Assembly (NCBI GenBank): GCA_951406725.2 | Contig: OX597828.1 | Span: forward strand, 45,818,001 to 45,882,000 | Source: Octopus vulgaris | Lineage: Eukaryota | Direction: 5' to 3' | Length of the DNA: 64,000 nt | Shown: one piece after another, positions 1 to 14,101 of the stretch | Numbering within the stretch: position 1 is the first letter of the stretch | How the letters are laid out: each line of letters starts with the position of its first letter | Notes under the pieces: model-generated | The model's database searches: none | The model's input: the letters and a program-made list of their open reading frames with translations, nothing else | Told to the model about the DNA's origin: nothing | Translations under genes and position numbers: made by a program

Positions 1-357
1 TATTGTATAAAGTTTAAATTTAGGATTATCTAGAAGATTATTAAGAAGAATATTATAACAAAAGGGTAACATTTCTTTGAATACTTTTGAGTATATACCA
101 AATCTTACCACAATAAAGAGAGGGAAAGAAATTACATAAAAATTGTTTAATATTTAAATTATACTAATGTGTCCATCTGTTTTAATTTAATTTAATTCTA
201 TGTATTTATGCAGCTGGTGATTGTCCTGCATTTAAATTGATGAAACGGTTCCATTGTTCAATTTGAAACTGCATGGATGATAATATTGTACTAAATTCTG
301 GTGCCTCAACTTAAGTACCTAATTCATCTGAATCTAAATTTTTGCTTAACTCGTCAA

Positions 358-422
<65 letters not shown>

Positions 423-427
423 AAACA

Positions 428-635
428 GCAGGGTGTTGAAAAGTTCCTGACTTTGGGTAAAAAATACAGGAGGACCAGTTAATTGTGATGTTATTCAAAA
501 TATTCCCCTCTCAGATTTACTTATTGGAGCAGTCTTTCAATTTTTCTATGACCTGTAAAAGAGCTTAAGAGGTTGGGCCTCCAATCAGGCCTTTCGCGAT
601 ACTCTTAAAGCCAGGGACTTTCCAGAACACCTTCG
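428..635. mobile_element. Mariner-derived MITE (~205 bp) with imperfect ~28-bp TIRs
   Basis: Left end cagggtgttgaaaagttcctgacttt; reverse complement of right end cgaaggtgttctggaaagtccctggcttt; flanked by (TA)n; no coding capacity. Confidence 0.6.
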
Positions 636-782
636 GGTATATATATATAGTTGCCGCTTGCCTATTCGCTCACATGGCATCAGTGGTCCCGGAGCTATAG
701 TCGGAGACACTTGCTCAAAGTACCGCTAAATGGGTCTGAACCTGAATCCACTTGTCAACCACACAGACATTATACATACTCT

Positions 783-1204
783 CTCTCTTTTACTCTTTTA
801 CTTGTTTTAGTCATTTTGACTGCGGCCATGCTGGAGCACCGCCTTTAGTCGAGCAAATCGACCCCGGGACTTATTCTTTGTAAGCCCAGTACTTATTCTA
901 TCGGTCTCTTTTGCCGAACCGCTAAGTGACGGGGACGTAAACACACCAGCCTCGGTTGTCAAGCAATGCTAGGGGGACAAACACACACACACACAAACAC
1001 ACACACACATACACATATATACATATATATATACATATATACGACAGGCTTCTTTCAGTTTCCGTCTACCAAATCCACTCACAAGGCATTGGTCGGCCCG
1101 GGGCTATAGCAGAAGACACTTGCCCAAGATGCCACGCAGTGGGACTGAACCCGTAACCATGTGGTTGGTTAGCAAGCTACTTACCACACAGCCACTCCTG
1201 TGCC
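783..1204 (-). mobile_element. tRNA-derived SINE family A, full length
   Basis: On the minus strand: A box tggctgtgtgg, B box ggttcagtccc, CORE-like cttgggcaagtg, internal (TA/TG)n and 3' tail ggcggtgctccagcatggccgcagtc...(taaaagag)n. More than 10 near-identical copies in the window. Confidence 0.9.
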
Positions 1205-1519
1205 TATATATATTGTATATATACATGTATATATTTTTGTATATATATACATGTATATATACATGTATATATTTTTGTTACACTTTTATTTTATCTCTTT
1301 GTTTTAGTCATTTAATGGGGTTAACCATGCGACAACCCCTTCGATATCGTCGTACATTTAGACTTTGAATTTATTTAACGATCCGAGAAGAATATAATGC
1401 AAAAATTAACGTCCACGAGATTTGAACGCAGAGCTACATAATAACACACCAGCCAATGAAGCAGCTTCTACATAGCTAGAAATATCATTCAACTTTTCCT
1501 CACATAATCCTTTTTTATG

Positions 1520-1718
1520 CACAAGGCCTGAAAGTTTGGATGTGTGGGGTCTAGTCGATTACATCGGTTCCAGTAATCAACTGGTACTTATTTTATCAAC
1601 CCCGAAAGGATGAAAGGCAAAGTTGACCACGGCGGAATTTGAAATCAGAACATTAAGATGGACGAAATGCTGCTAAGTATTTTTCCTGGCGCAGTAACGA
1701 TTCTGCCAGCACACTGCC
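1520..1718 (-). mobile_element. SINE family B, degenerate copy
   Basis: Reverse complement of the shared body gtcgactttgcctttcatcctttcggggtcgataaa...agtaccagtt. Confidence 0.75.
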
Positions 1719-2304
1719 TTTTAACTGCTCAAATAATACCATACCGAACTAAAGGTTTAACAATATTTTAGCTAAAGAATGCCTAGTTTCATTTATTAAG
1801 AGATCATTGTTGTTTAAACCAGTGCAGCCTGATTCGGTAAACATCATTTCAAACGCGATTCAGCCATGACCATCTCTTCATATTTTCAGATATAATGCAT
1901 CAAGGCTCACATTATCCAATGTGTCAATTCTTATTCTTTTCATTTTTGTTTTGTCTTTTTGAAAAAATAAAAACAAAAAAAATGATAGTTGACTGGGTTT
2001 TGTGTGAGATTTGATTCTGGTTCAATAAGGGCTCCACTATTACAATAAAAAAATTGCTGTTACTGCTGTTGGTGGTAAAGTTGTTTAGCCCTAAACCTTA
2101 ATCGAGCATCTGGTGAAAGATATTTCAGATCCTCCGCCATTTTAGAATATCGAAAGTCCGCTTTATCGAATGGATTTTATCGATGTAGCGAGTAAACCAA
2201 TGAAAAAGTTTCTGCTATTTCTTGTATAGAGAGTGAATAGACAGAAACTGATGTAATAGCTATTGCTAAAATAAAATGTTTCTAATATCAAAATATAAAG
2301 ATAT

Positions 2305-2520
2305 TTAGAAGCTGGTAGAATTGTTTGTACGCCAGACAATATGTTTAGCGGTCTTTCCTCTGTCTGCGTTTTCAGTTCAAATTCCGCCGTGGTCGACTTC
2401 GCCTTTCATCCTTTCGAAGACGATAAAAGAAATACCAGCCGAGCACTGGAGTCGATGCATTCGGCTCTCCCACTTACCCGAAATTACTGGCCTTGTGCCA
2501 AAATTTGAAGCCCATTATTA
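2305..2520 (+). mobile_element. SINE family B, degenerate copy
   Basis: gttcaaattccgccgtggtcgacttcgcctttcatcctttcg and tail ggccttgtgcc. Confidence 0.75.
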
Positions 2521-3959
2521 AAATACTAGTGTTACTCTCATATGATGCGTAACTTTGGAAATATCCTTTTGCTACCGTGGGAAATATGAGGAAAATTGGG
2601 ATTCATACAATAGCCATAAGTTAACTTTTATCAAATTACTTGATACTTATACAAAATGAAGAAAATAATTCTAATTTTCAAAACAAGGGTTTTTGGGGTC
2701 TTAAAATAAAATTAAACAATAAATTTCTTGTTTGTATATATAAAAACCTCCCAAAACTACTCCGTCGCTTACTCCCTCTTCTCCTCCTTGTGTGACTCTT
2801 GCCATTTAATGGGTTGAATCACCGTTAGATTTATCCCCCTTCACTTTGTCGCTCTCACTCTTCACCACTCTATGTAAAGCATGACCGAAGATATCAATCA
2901 ACCAACCAACTAATCAACGAAATTTTATATCGGCTATTGTTAAATAGAGATCATAATTCAATAAGGAGTGAATGACAAGTTTTCAAACCGTACGACACTG
3001 AACAGCGTTGACGTCCATGAATGATGTCTGAGATTTTTTTTATTAACTTCATAAGATGGCATATATTAGATTCTCCTGCAAAAAATAACCAACTAAATAA
3101 ACAAAATATAAATAAATAAATGTATAAATAAATAAATCTACCTGTCAACAACTTATCGAAACTGGATCTCGACTCATGTTTTATAGCATTCGACATCCAT
3201 TTATCATAAACCTTTATATATATTTGTTTGTCTTTTCCACAAGAGACAAGGGCGTATATTTACTGAGAGAATAGAGTTGGAACATTTTGTAGATTAATGC
3301 CTTTTCAAAGAGTCCCACTAAAAATTTATGTGTCGCGAAATATCGTTAACCGACAATTGCCATTCCATAAAAATTCTTAAAATTTTTTTTTCTACTGACA
3401 TGGCTCTGTGGTTAGGAAGCTGGCATTGCAACCGTCTAGCTTCGAGTTTAGTTCGAACGCGCAGGATCTTCGGCAAGTGTCATTCTAGTATAGCCCCGGG
3501 TTCCAGGCCCATCGATGTCTTCTGAGCGAATTTAATAGACGAAAACTGTGTGCAAGCCCATCGTATCAACGCGCACATGCATACATGCACATACGCATAC
3601 AAACATACATAATTATATATTTTATTTTTTACCTTGTATCTTTTTACTTATTTCAATCATTAGACTGCGGCCATGATGGAGCACCGCTTTGAGGAACTCT
3701 CAGTCGAATGTATCTAGCCCAGTACTTAAGGTTTTTAAACCTAATACTTATTATATCGTTCTCTTATGCCAAACAGCTAGTTTATGGGAACATAAATACA
3801 CCAGCGCCTCTTGAACTTCTTTCATCCGATTCATATGTCTACACTTAGAGCGGTAACGTCTACTCTTGCCATTCTTGCAGCTTTCACCTACCTTGTAAGA
3901 AATTCACTCGAGGAGAACACCTTCCTCTCCACCATTATTTTCCTTTTCAAATGAAACTT

Positions 3960-4215
3960 GAAAATTCGCTGAGGGCTTTAACAAAAAGGAATGTCTCTGT
4001 TCGGATCGAGTTGGATGGCGAACAAAGGTGTAGAGTGGGGTGAAAGCGTTTGAAGAGGCCATGATAACACATGCAAGACTCAAGAGAGATTTAAGGAAGA
4101 ATGTTACGATCACGAAAGTGAATCAAAATGACGTTTGCGTGCACAGTTTGTGATAGACCATGCTTTTCGTTTGTTCAGCTGAAATCTCATTTGCGATCGC
4201 ATGGAAAACGAACCT
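3960..4215 (+). mobile_element. RTE-clade LINE 3' end with terminal C2H2 finger, frameshifted
   Basis: One frame reads CSDRVGWRTKV*SGVKAFEEAMITHARLKRDLRK; another frame then reads FACTVCDRPCFSFVQLKSHLRSH. DRxxWR...GVxxFE...KR..RK followed by a C2H2 is a typical RTE ORF C-terminus. Confidence 0.7.
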
Positions 4216-4319
4216 CTCCACCAACTATTCTGCTTAGATGTCTGTGCACACCTTTCAATGCAATGTATGCCAGAAGTTTTGCAAATCTAATGGAGGCCTC
4301 AAAATACATGTTTTCTCAT

Positions 4320-4438
4320 TCGCTATGGCTCTGTCGTTCTCACTCTTCGTACCTTTCTGCCTACCCACAGAGTGGGACCAGGTTCCGCCCGTTATGAGAA
4401 TAGCTCAAATTTGAAAAATCTGGATTATTTTTCTTTTA

Positions 4439-4441
<3 letters not shown>
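4320..4441 (+). repeat. ~120-bp unclassified dispersed repeat (second copy at 7059-7180)
   Basis: cgctatggctctg.cgttctca.tcttcgtacctttctgcc.acccacagagtgg...ttttcttttactt occurs twice with high identity. Confidence 0.8.
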
Positions 4442-4511
<70 letters not shown>

Positions 4512-4734
4512 CCTATTGAAGAGTTTGCAAGGAGCAGCAAACATTTTAGAAAATTAAATTGGTAAAGGATGGAAATGAAGATGGTGAGTGTGTTTATTAA
4601 TAAGGCATTAAAACAGAATGACTCTCCCCAAACACAATTAAATATGCTTCAAAACAGGAATTCACATAAAGAATCTTGCAAACCAAATCTTGCAAACAAA
4701 AACGAAATATATAACCTAAGATCCTTCTACCTAC

Positions 4735-4832
<98 letters not shown>

Positions 4833-4849
4833 GTCTGTCTATCTATTTG

Positions 4850-5045
4850 TTTTGCAAGATTCTTGATGTGAAATCCTGTGTTGAAACAGATGTTGTATTT
4901 AGGAATGGTCACTTTGCCAGTTTAGCTAACAAGATTAAGATTAATGTAAAAAATAAATAACGCTGAAGCAAATTAACACCAAATATATAGTGCGTGTGTT
5001 TTTATTGGCTAAACTGGCAAAATGACCATTCCTAAAAACAACAAC
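4850..5045. mobile_element. Short element with ~40-bp inverted arms (related copy at 31205-31297, minus strand)
   Basis: tttaggaatggtcactttgccagtttagc near 4897 pairs with gctaaactggcaaaatgaccattcctaaa near 5008. Confidence 0.6.
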
Positions 5046-5079
5046 AACAACACACACATATATATACTCATACAAAGCC

Positions 5080-5310
5080 CGAGAGACCTATTGGAGTGGA
5101 TGTAGTCGTCTTCCAAACAAAAATGGATCTCCTCTTGTGAAGAGTTCCGGATGAACCTGCTTCGCGGCAAGAAACGTAGATGAGGGCGGCAACATCAAAC
5201 TTCTTCATTCCTCAAATATCAGAAGAGTTTTAATGAAAGAGTCGCAAAGCAAACAGTTGTGCCCCAGCATGTCCGCAGCTCTCGAGCTGAAACTAGAAAA
5301 GAAAAAGAAA
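5080..5310 (+). mobile_element. CR1-group LINE 3' end
   Basis: Translates as GVDVVVFQTKMDLLL*RVPDEPASRQET*MRAATSN, followed by tail gtgccccagcatgtccgcagctctcgagctgaaac and A-rich repeats. Confidence 0.7.
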
Positions 5311-5324
5311 CACGCACACACATA

Positions 5325-5374
<50 letters not shown>

Positions 5375-5405
5375 TCCGTGTATGTGTATATATATATATA
5401 CATAT

Positions 5406-5625
5406 ATTTCTTTACTGCCCACAAGGGGTTAAACATAGAGGGGGCAAACAAGGACAGACAAAGGGTTTAAGTCGATTACATCGACCCCAGTGCGAAACTG
5501 GTACTTTATTTATCGACCCCGAAAGTATGAAAGGCAAAGTCGACCTCGGCAGAATTTGAACTCAGAACGTAGCGACAGACGAAATACCGCTGAGCATTTC
5601 GCCCGGCGCACTAACGTTTCTGCCA
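5406..5625 (-). mobile_element. SINE family B
   Basis: Reverse complement of the family B head and body. Confidence 0.85.
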
Positions 5626-5798
5626 CACATATTGATCGTAACTCTACCTGCATTATAAAGGCTTATAGAGCAGTCAGTGAATGGATGCTACGGGCATGCC
5701 TTGTGGCTTCCATATTGCTAAATGTACCCGTCACACGTACGAACACATGCGTGTGCATACATACATAAATACATACATACATACATATATACACACAT

Positions 5799-5929
<131 letters not shown>

Positions 5930-6511
5930 GATATATATATATATGTATATATATATATATGTACACATAAACACAAACACACATGCGCACACACACACAT
6001 ACATACATATATATATATACACAAACAGAAGCACAGGGACACGCATACATGCATATACATAGAGACACACACACACACACACATACGTAGAGATAGATAA
6101 ATATGTATATATATACAGTACCCACAAAGTCGCTGTGCTGGGTATAGCATAGTTCGGAAAATATTGACAAAACATGCCGAAATCCTTGTTTTCCGTTCGT
6201 TCCTAAACGAAGCTGTGACTTCAACAGTTTTTCGTTTTAGTTGTTTCTCAGTTCCTTCTCTTCTATTTTTTCTTTTTCTTGCTAATAACTACAACAACAA
6301 CCTTGTTTATCTTTAATTAGTGAGAATCAGTTAAAAACACTCTCACATACCAGTGAGTAAATTGAGAATGGTCAGTTGAAGAGCATTTCAAACAAACTCT
6401 TATTGACTCCTTTGTTTTGCTAACAGATATTTACAATACGTTAGAGGATGCTAACACACACAAATATGTAAATACACATATGTATATATATATGCATATA
6501 TACATATACAT

Positions 6512-6551
<40 letters not shown>

Positions 6552-6592
6552 GTATGTATATATATATATATATACATATTTATATATACGTA

Positions 6593-6644
<52 letters not shown>

Positions 6645-6811
6645 AATATATGTATATATACATATATATATTTATACATGTATATATATAATTATACACA
6701 TATGTGTGTATGTATGTGCCTTAGTGATGTTACTTTTCTTGTTGTTTAGGGGCTTGGGTTTATTTTTAAGCTACCTTTTTCGTGTTTATCGTTTGTTTTT
6801 CTTATATTATC

Positions 6812-6813
6812 AA

Positions 6814-6906
<93 letters not shown>

Positions 6907-6950
6907 CATTATCATCGTTATTGTTGTTATTATCATTGTTGCTGTTGTTG

Positions 6951-7023
<73 letters not shown>
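6812..7023. repeat. (ATT)n/(GTT)n compound microsatellite
   Basis: Direct inspection. Confidence 0.95.
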
Positions 7024-7024
<1 letters not shown>

Positions 7025-7406
7025 GTCTCTCTCTGTCCTCTATGTCATGTTTCTCTCTCGCTATGGCTCTGCCGTTCTCAATCTTCGTACCTTTCTGCCC
7101 ACCCACAGAGTGGCACAAGGTTCCGCCCGTTATTAGAATAGCTCAAATTTGAAAAATCTGGGATTATTTTTCTTTTACTTTCGGGCCTTCTAGGATTCAT
7201 TGTATCAAGGTTTCGTCCTATCTATCCATGATTTTTTTTATCCAAATGGAATCTAATTTAATCGTGCTTCGGTTATAGTCCCACGGCGCTGCACTTTAGA
7301 CAAGTCTCTGCAAATTTGTCATACATATGTATGTGTGTGAGTATGTGTCTGCGTAAGTGTGTGTCTGTGCGTTCATATCTCTACATACATGTATATATAT
7401 ATATTT

Positions 7407-7637
7407 ATTTCTTTACTACCCACAAGGGGCTAAACGCAGAGGGGACAAACGAGGACAGAGAAACGGATTAAGTCGATTACATCGACCCCAGTACGTAACT
7501 GGTACTTAATTTATCGACCCCGAAAGGATGAAAGGCAAAGTCGACCTCGGCGGAATTTGAACCCAGAACGTAACGGCAGACGAAATACGGCTACGCATTT
7601 CGCCCGGCGTGCTAACGTTTCTGCCAGCTCGCCGCCT
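7407..7637 (-). mobile_element. SINE family B
   Basis: Minus strand reads ggcggcgagctggcagaaacgttagcacgccgggcg...gttcaaattccg (B box)...agtaaagaaata. Confidence 0.9.
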
Positions 7638-8594
7638 TTGTATACATATATATGTATACATATATATTGCACACACACACACAGACATACACACACATAT
7701 GTTTGTTTGTGTGTATGTAAATATGTATTACATGGGTGCATAATCAGCTTCATGTTCCGATTTGTCAACGGTTGAAAAACGGCGTTAGTTTGCCTACATC
7801 TCTGTGACTTAGCGATTCAGTTGAGAGTCACCATCAGAATAAACACCAGATTTAAAGACAAAGGATTATTGTCAATTTGATTCAATAAATCTTCTTAGAT
7901 GGTTCATTAATGTATGCAGAATAGGAAAATTTTTACCATTACATTGGGGTAGTGGATTAGCCGAATCTTTAGAGGCTAGGACAAAATGCCTTGTTGCATT
8001 TTCCCCCAGTTATTTGCGTTTTGTGTTCAAATGGTGTTGAAGTCTTTTTCGTCTTCCTGTATCGGTAAATGCGGTAAGTCTTGTACAAAAGCAGCATACA
8101 CGACAAAAGCCACCCGAACCAATGTAAAATTGCAGGATTTGTAACCGTGTTTGAAATTACCGCCTACGTCTGGAGAAAAGTCATCTAGCAATGACCATCA
8201 CCCCTTTAATTCTGTCTTATTATATCTAGGGTCGACCATCTCCCTTTTAAACCTGTTTTAGTATAACGCGCCTTTTAAGGAGCGATTGCTGATTAACAGA
8301 TAATAAATACTAGGAAACGTGTGCGTGTTTCGACCATTTACTAGACAGTGTAGTTAATTGTCCTTCCCTTCAAAGCGTACAATCCGCTCTCTCTTCTCCT
8401 CTCACGTGACCGCTAGTCAACCAGCCTTTCGGCTTCCGACCACCGCCATGAGAACATCGTTTTCTTCGTCTGCCGAAAAAGGCATTTTTTTCCAAAATAC
8501 GCCAGCTAAACTAAGTTGTACTGTCTATAGTCGTAAGACACCCGCTGTTTTTGTCCTGTTATTACTATTATTGCTTTTTGTATTTATATTCGTG

Positions 8595-8850
8595 TGGCAT
8601 CGTCCGTTTTTCTGTCCCTGTTTCGTATACATTCGATCCTTTTTCCAAGAAATCTAATGCTCGTAGCTTAGTTTTTCCTTGGGGCTGGCCGGATCGGAGC
8701 GATCTCAAGATTAATCAGCCGAAATTGCGAGGATGATCCGGTTCTTGACTGAAGATTGAAGGCTTCGAATGTCCCGTCCGTGTTTTTTGTATCGTCTTCT
8801 AAATGTTTTGCGTTCTTGTCCCAGTTTGTATTATTTTACATACACACACA
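8595..8850 (+). mobile_element. Unclassified microsatellite-adjacent repeat family E (other copies 22560-22710 +, 45295-45460 +, 54225-54575 -, 63115-63270 -)
   Basis: Shared blocks gccgaaattgc...gactga.ga...gaatg...cgtcc and ggatgttttgcgttcttgtcc, ending next to (TA)/(CA) tracts. Confidence 0.7.
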
Positions 8851-8904
8851 CACACACAAACACACACATATATATATATTATTATCATTATTATTATTAT
8901 TATT

Positions 8905-9289
8905 ATTATTTATTGCTTTTGCACAGCTTCTAACGCTGGAGATGTACTACAGTGTCAGCTCTTTACTACCAGTGAACTTAGGTAACGCCTCTTATTTTTC
9001 GAGCATCTTCCGGAGTATTCGAGCGGTTCCAAGCTGTGCAGCTTTTTGCAAGTGCTCCACCCTTATTGCAACTCCTATTCCGTTCCACGTACTTCTCGAG
9101 ATTTTTGCTCACTGTTCCCAGGGCTCCGACAATTATTGGTACTAATGCTACCATTTTCATCGACCACAGCTGCTTAACTTCCCAAGCTAAAATATCATAT
9201 CTCACGATTTTTCTTTCTTCCTTATCGCATACCTTGTTGTCAGCTGGGCATGCTATATCTATGATCCAGCATAGTTTGTTTTCTTTCTC
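8905..9289 (-). mobile_element. R4/Dong-like non-LTR retrotransposon 3' end (REL endonuclease tail)
   Basis: KLCWIIDIACPADNKVCDKEERKIVRYDILAWEVKQLW...VPIIVGALGTV; ends in (TAA)n; abuts a SINE B fragment at 9288-9442. Confidence 0.85.
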
Positions 9290-10712
9290 AAATTCCGCCG
9301 AGGTCGACTTTGCCTTTCATCCTTTCGGGGTCGATAAATTAAGGACTAGTTACGCACTGTGGTCGATGTAATCGACTTAATCCATTTGTCTGTCGTTGTT
9401 TGTCTCCTCTATGTTTGGCCCCTTCTGGGTAGTAAAGAAATAAGAATCAGCGTGACATAACAGTATGTGTGGGTACGAGTGAGTGTGCGTGATATGTCAA
9501 TCCTTATAAATTTACGTGTACAATCCGTTTTATTGACTTCTATGCATTTTTAGCTTGCCCAGTTTCACTCACAAAACATGGGTCAGCGCAAGACTTATAG
9601 AAAGTGAAAGTTGACCAAGATAGCACAAACGAGACCGATTCCGAAACATCATAGGTGCGACGTAAACATCTTAACTATCCCATTATACAGCACTTATATT
9701 ACACCATATTTTTCTTAAACGCAAATCTTGGGAGATTAACCGACCGAATTCCTTTGACATGTTGCTCTAACGAAGACATTAATCAGAACGTGTTGTATTA
9801 GAGACTCAAACGAATTTCTTAAAACCAGTTTTAAATTTAAAGAAAAATAAGAAACAAAAACAAACAAAGGAAAAGTAAAAAAAAAAAATAGACAAGTAAA
9901 AAGAGATCGACATTTTAATGAAAAAAAAAGTTTATATTTATGTCTTTAAATATTTATTCGGTTGTTGTATTTAAGTTAATTTATTTAAATTTAGCTGAGG
10001 TTTACTTAAATTCAAGAAAAATGTATCATGTTTACTCATAGTAAGCATTAGCATTATGCTATATATATATATATATATATATTTGCATATATATACATAT
10101 ATACATATATACATATATACATACATATATATATATATATGCATATATATATATATATGTATACACATATATATACGTATATATACATACACACATATAT
10201 ATATGTATATATGCGCATTCACACATATATATACGAACAAGCAGTGGTGTGTGTGTGTATGTGTGGATGTGTGTGTGTGTGTGTGAGTGTGTGCATACTT
10301 AGATGTTTCACTCATTAGATTACGGTTATACTAGAGCATCAACTTGAAGAATTTTCATTCGAATGAGCTGAACGCATTACTCTTTTGCCGAACCACTAAG
10401 TTACGCGGGCGCAAACATGCTAACGCTGATAGTCAAACGGTAGCGGTTGACAAACAGAGGGACAAAGAAACACATAAAGATACACACACACGCATGCACA
10501 CACGTGTATATAGATATACATATGCGAAGGTCATTTTAAGTTTCCACTCACGAGGCTTTGGCCCCCCCCCGAGGCTGTATCAAGGCACTTCACTAAGGTG
10601 ACATGCAGTTGGATTGAACCCGGAGCCATGTGATTGGGAAGCAAGATTCTTACCACACACATACGTCTATGCTTATACACACACACACACTCACGCATAT
10701 ATATATATACAT

Positions 10713-11651
10713 ATAAGAGTGATGACCACTATGTGAACATCCATTATGCTAGAGGTAGACCCCCATATGGTCTGACCACTAAGAAAAGATTGTTCTCAAG
10801 AAAATTCAGCAAATGCCAGAACTTAAGCGAGCAAGACAAATGAAAAGATACACAATATAAAGATTAATCACAAACCCGATTTCATTGTTACCACTTACGT
10901 AATATTTATGTAAATGTCCACAATACATCAGTGTGATCGTCATAGCAAAATATAATTTGCAGAACTATACAAGAGACATCTGCATGAGATTGAACATGTA
11001 TATATATAGTTCTACCAATTACATTTGGGGTTATATTTCAAAAGTCTTCGTTTTGGTGTGCCAAAATACCGGAAATAATTCTGCAGAAAATAATTCTCTG
11101 CAATGAATTTTGCCTGTTAGAGAACATGGTTATTTAAATTTAAATAATAAGAGTGAAAAATTGAATATTAATTTGATTAATATCAAATTAAAACCAGTGG
11201 CCTAGCATATTGAAAAGTCTGAAGATTCCGAAAAATTATATTACATACATATAAGATGGAAGACCACTGAGTGAACATCCATTATGCTAGAGGTAGAGCC
11301 CATATGGTCTGACCACTAAGAAAAGATTGTTCTCAAGAAAATTCAGCAAACGCCAGGACGTAAGCGAGCAAGACAAATGAAAAGATACAAAATATAAAGC
11401 TTAATCACAAACCCGGTTCCATTGTTACGGTCATACTGATGAATTGAGCACATTTACGTGTTAGGTAATTTGTAAAAATGAAATCGGGTTTGTGATTAAT
11501 CTTTATATGTTATATCTTTTCATTTGTTATGCTCGCTTACGTTCTGGCGTTGGCTGAATTTTCTTGAGAACAATCATTTCTTAGTGGTCAGACCATATGG
11601 GGTCTACCTCTAGCACAATGGATGTCCACTAAGTGGTCATCACACTTATAT
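10713..11651. mobile_element. Cluster of a ~175-bp repeat: two direct copies (10713-10890, 11251-11428) and one inverted copy (11477-11651)
   Basis: gaccact...catccattatgctagaggtag...ccatatggtctgaccactaagaaaagattgttctcaagaaaattcagc is present three times; related pieces at 13980-14095 and 45470-45680. Confidence 0.8.
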
Positions 11652-12073
11652 ACTCTTTTACTCTTTCTCTCTTTTACTTTTTTCAGTCATTTGACTGCGG
11701 CCATGCTGGAGCACCGCCTTTAGTCGAGCAAATCGACCCCGGGACTTATTCTTTGTAAGCCCAGTACTTATTCTATCGGTCTCCTTTGCCGAACCGCTAG
11801 GTGACGGGGACGTAAGCACACCAGCATCGGTTGTCAAGCAATGCTAGGGGGACAAACACAGACACACAAACACACACACATACATATATATATATGTATA
11901 CATATATACGACAGGCTTCTTTTAGTTTCCGTCTACCAAATCCACTCACAAGGGCATTGGTCGGCCCGGGGCTATAGCAGAAGACACTTGCCCAAGATAC
12001 CACGCAGTGGGATTGAACCCGGAACCATGTGGCTCGTCAGCAAGCTGCTTACCACACAGCCACTCCTGCGCCT
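11652..12073 (-). mobile_element. SINE family A, full length
   Basis: Near-identical to 783-1204. Confidence 0.9.
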
Positions 12074-12075
12074 AA

Positions 12076-13137
<1,062 letters not shown>

Positions 13138-13599
13138 CTTTTATCGGTTTCAGCTCAAAGCTGCGGCCATGTGAGGGCGTGCGGTGGGTGTGTATTTTTT
13201 CGTGTATTTTTTATGTGTGCCACCCGACGGATTTTATTTCTGCCACCCGACGGATTTTATAGCAGTGACCATTGTGTAGAGCTGTTTACCAACTGACGGC
13301 CACGTGATCAAACGCACATACGAACACATAGAACAGTACACACACACATGTTTCTAAGTAGATTTTGGCTCGCCCCATATAATACACCTAATATTCTTTA
13401 AATAGTCAGAACTTCAGTCTCGGTCACAAAGAATATCTAAGCACCCTGTGCTCCCACCCACCGGAATGACCGCTGCCTGACCTGTTAAAACCTTCAACGC
13501 ACCCACCACCAGTTTTCAACATACATTGATAAACAGTTTGGCCATGGGCTCTTAGGAGCCTCGTTCGATTTGTTTTGCTCCGCCTCTGTTCTGTTTTTG

Positions 13600-13900
13600 T
13601 TTTTTCCAACGGATTTCCTATTTCTTCCTGAAGAGAAAGATACAATATGGTCTCCTTATTCAATCGGAATTTGGTAAATTGTGCCTTTCGAAACACGTGT
13701 AGAATGCAATAAAACGATTTCTGTTCAATCTTCGCTCAACTCCATTTCTTCAATTCACTAATAATATTAAAATTCAATTATCCGCACCAACGCACGGTTG
13801 CAACACCATATGGTTGTACCTCCAACCGTGCTGTCTTCTGCTGTGATTTTTGCTACCAAGGTATCGGTTAAACTTTTGATTAATCTGCAACAAGATTATT
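13600..13900 (+). mobile_element. HHR-bearing non-coding repeat (diverged inverted relative at 14590-14880)
   Basis: Collinear blocks caactccatt, tccgcac, caaccgtg and ttgctacc.aggtatcggtta are shared with the reverse complement of 14590-14880; ends next to (TA)n. Confidence 0.75.
13625..13704 (+). ncRNA. Type I hammerhead ribozyme motif with extended stem II
   Basis: UUC CUGAAGA GAAAG-A-UACAAU...AUUGUG-C-CUUUC GAAAC ACGU GUA GAA. Palindromic stem III, GUA triplet, stem I only 3 bp. Confidence 0.75.
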
Positions 13901-14101
13901 CATCTTTCTATTTCACAAAATATATATATATATATATTATATTATAATAAATTAGAGACAAAACCACTATATATATATATTTATAAATTTAAATAATAAG
14001 GGTGAAAAATTAAATATTAATTTTATTAATATCAATTTAATACCACTGGCCTAGCATACTGAAATATCTGAAGGTTCAGAAAAATGTATTAAATACATAC
14101 A

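Noticed and set aside
4128-4397. ORF with a C2H2 zinc finger as a host ZNF gene
   Set aside because: Single finger without a TGEKP linker, preceded in another frame by RTE C-terminal motifs; it is a LINE remnant.
5147-5182. HHR-like CGGAUGA...GAAACGUA
   Set aside because: The stems are poor and the sequence is explained as LINE coding sequence (VPDEPASRQET).
8358-8657. ORF with Kozak-like accgccATG near 8448
   Set aside because: No recognisable protein similarity; it runs into a microsatellite and repeat family E.
11218-11240. CUGAAGA UUCC GAAA
   Set aside because: No stem II or stem I, and the motif is not conserved in the related copy near 14068.
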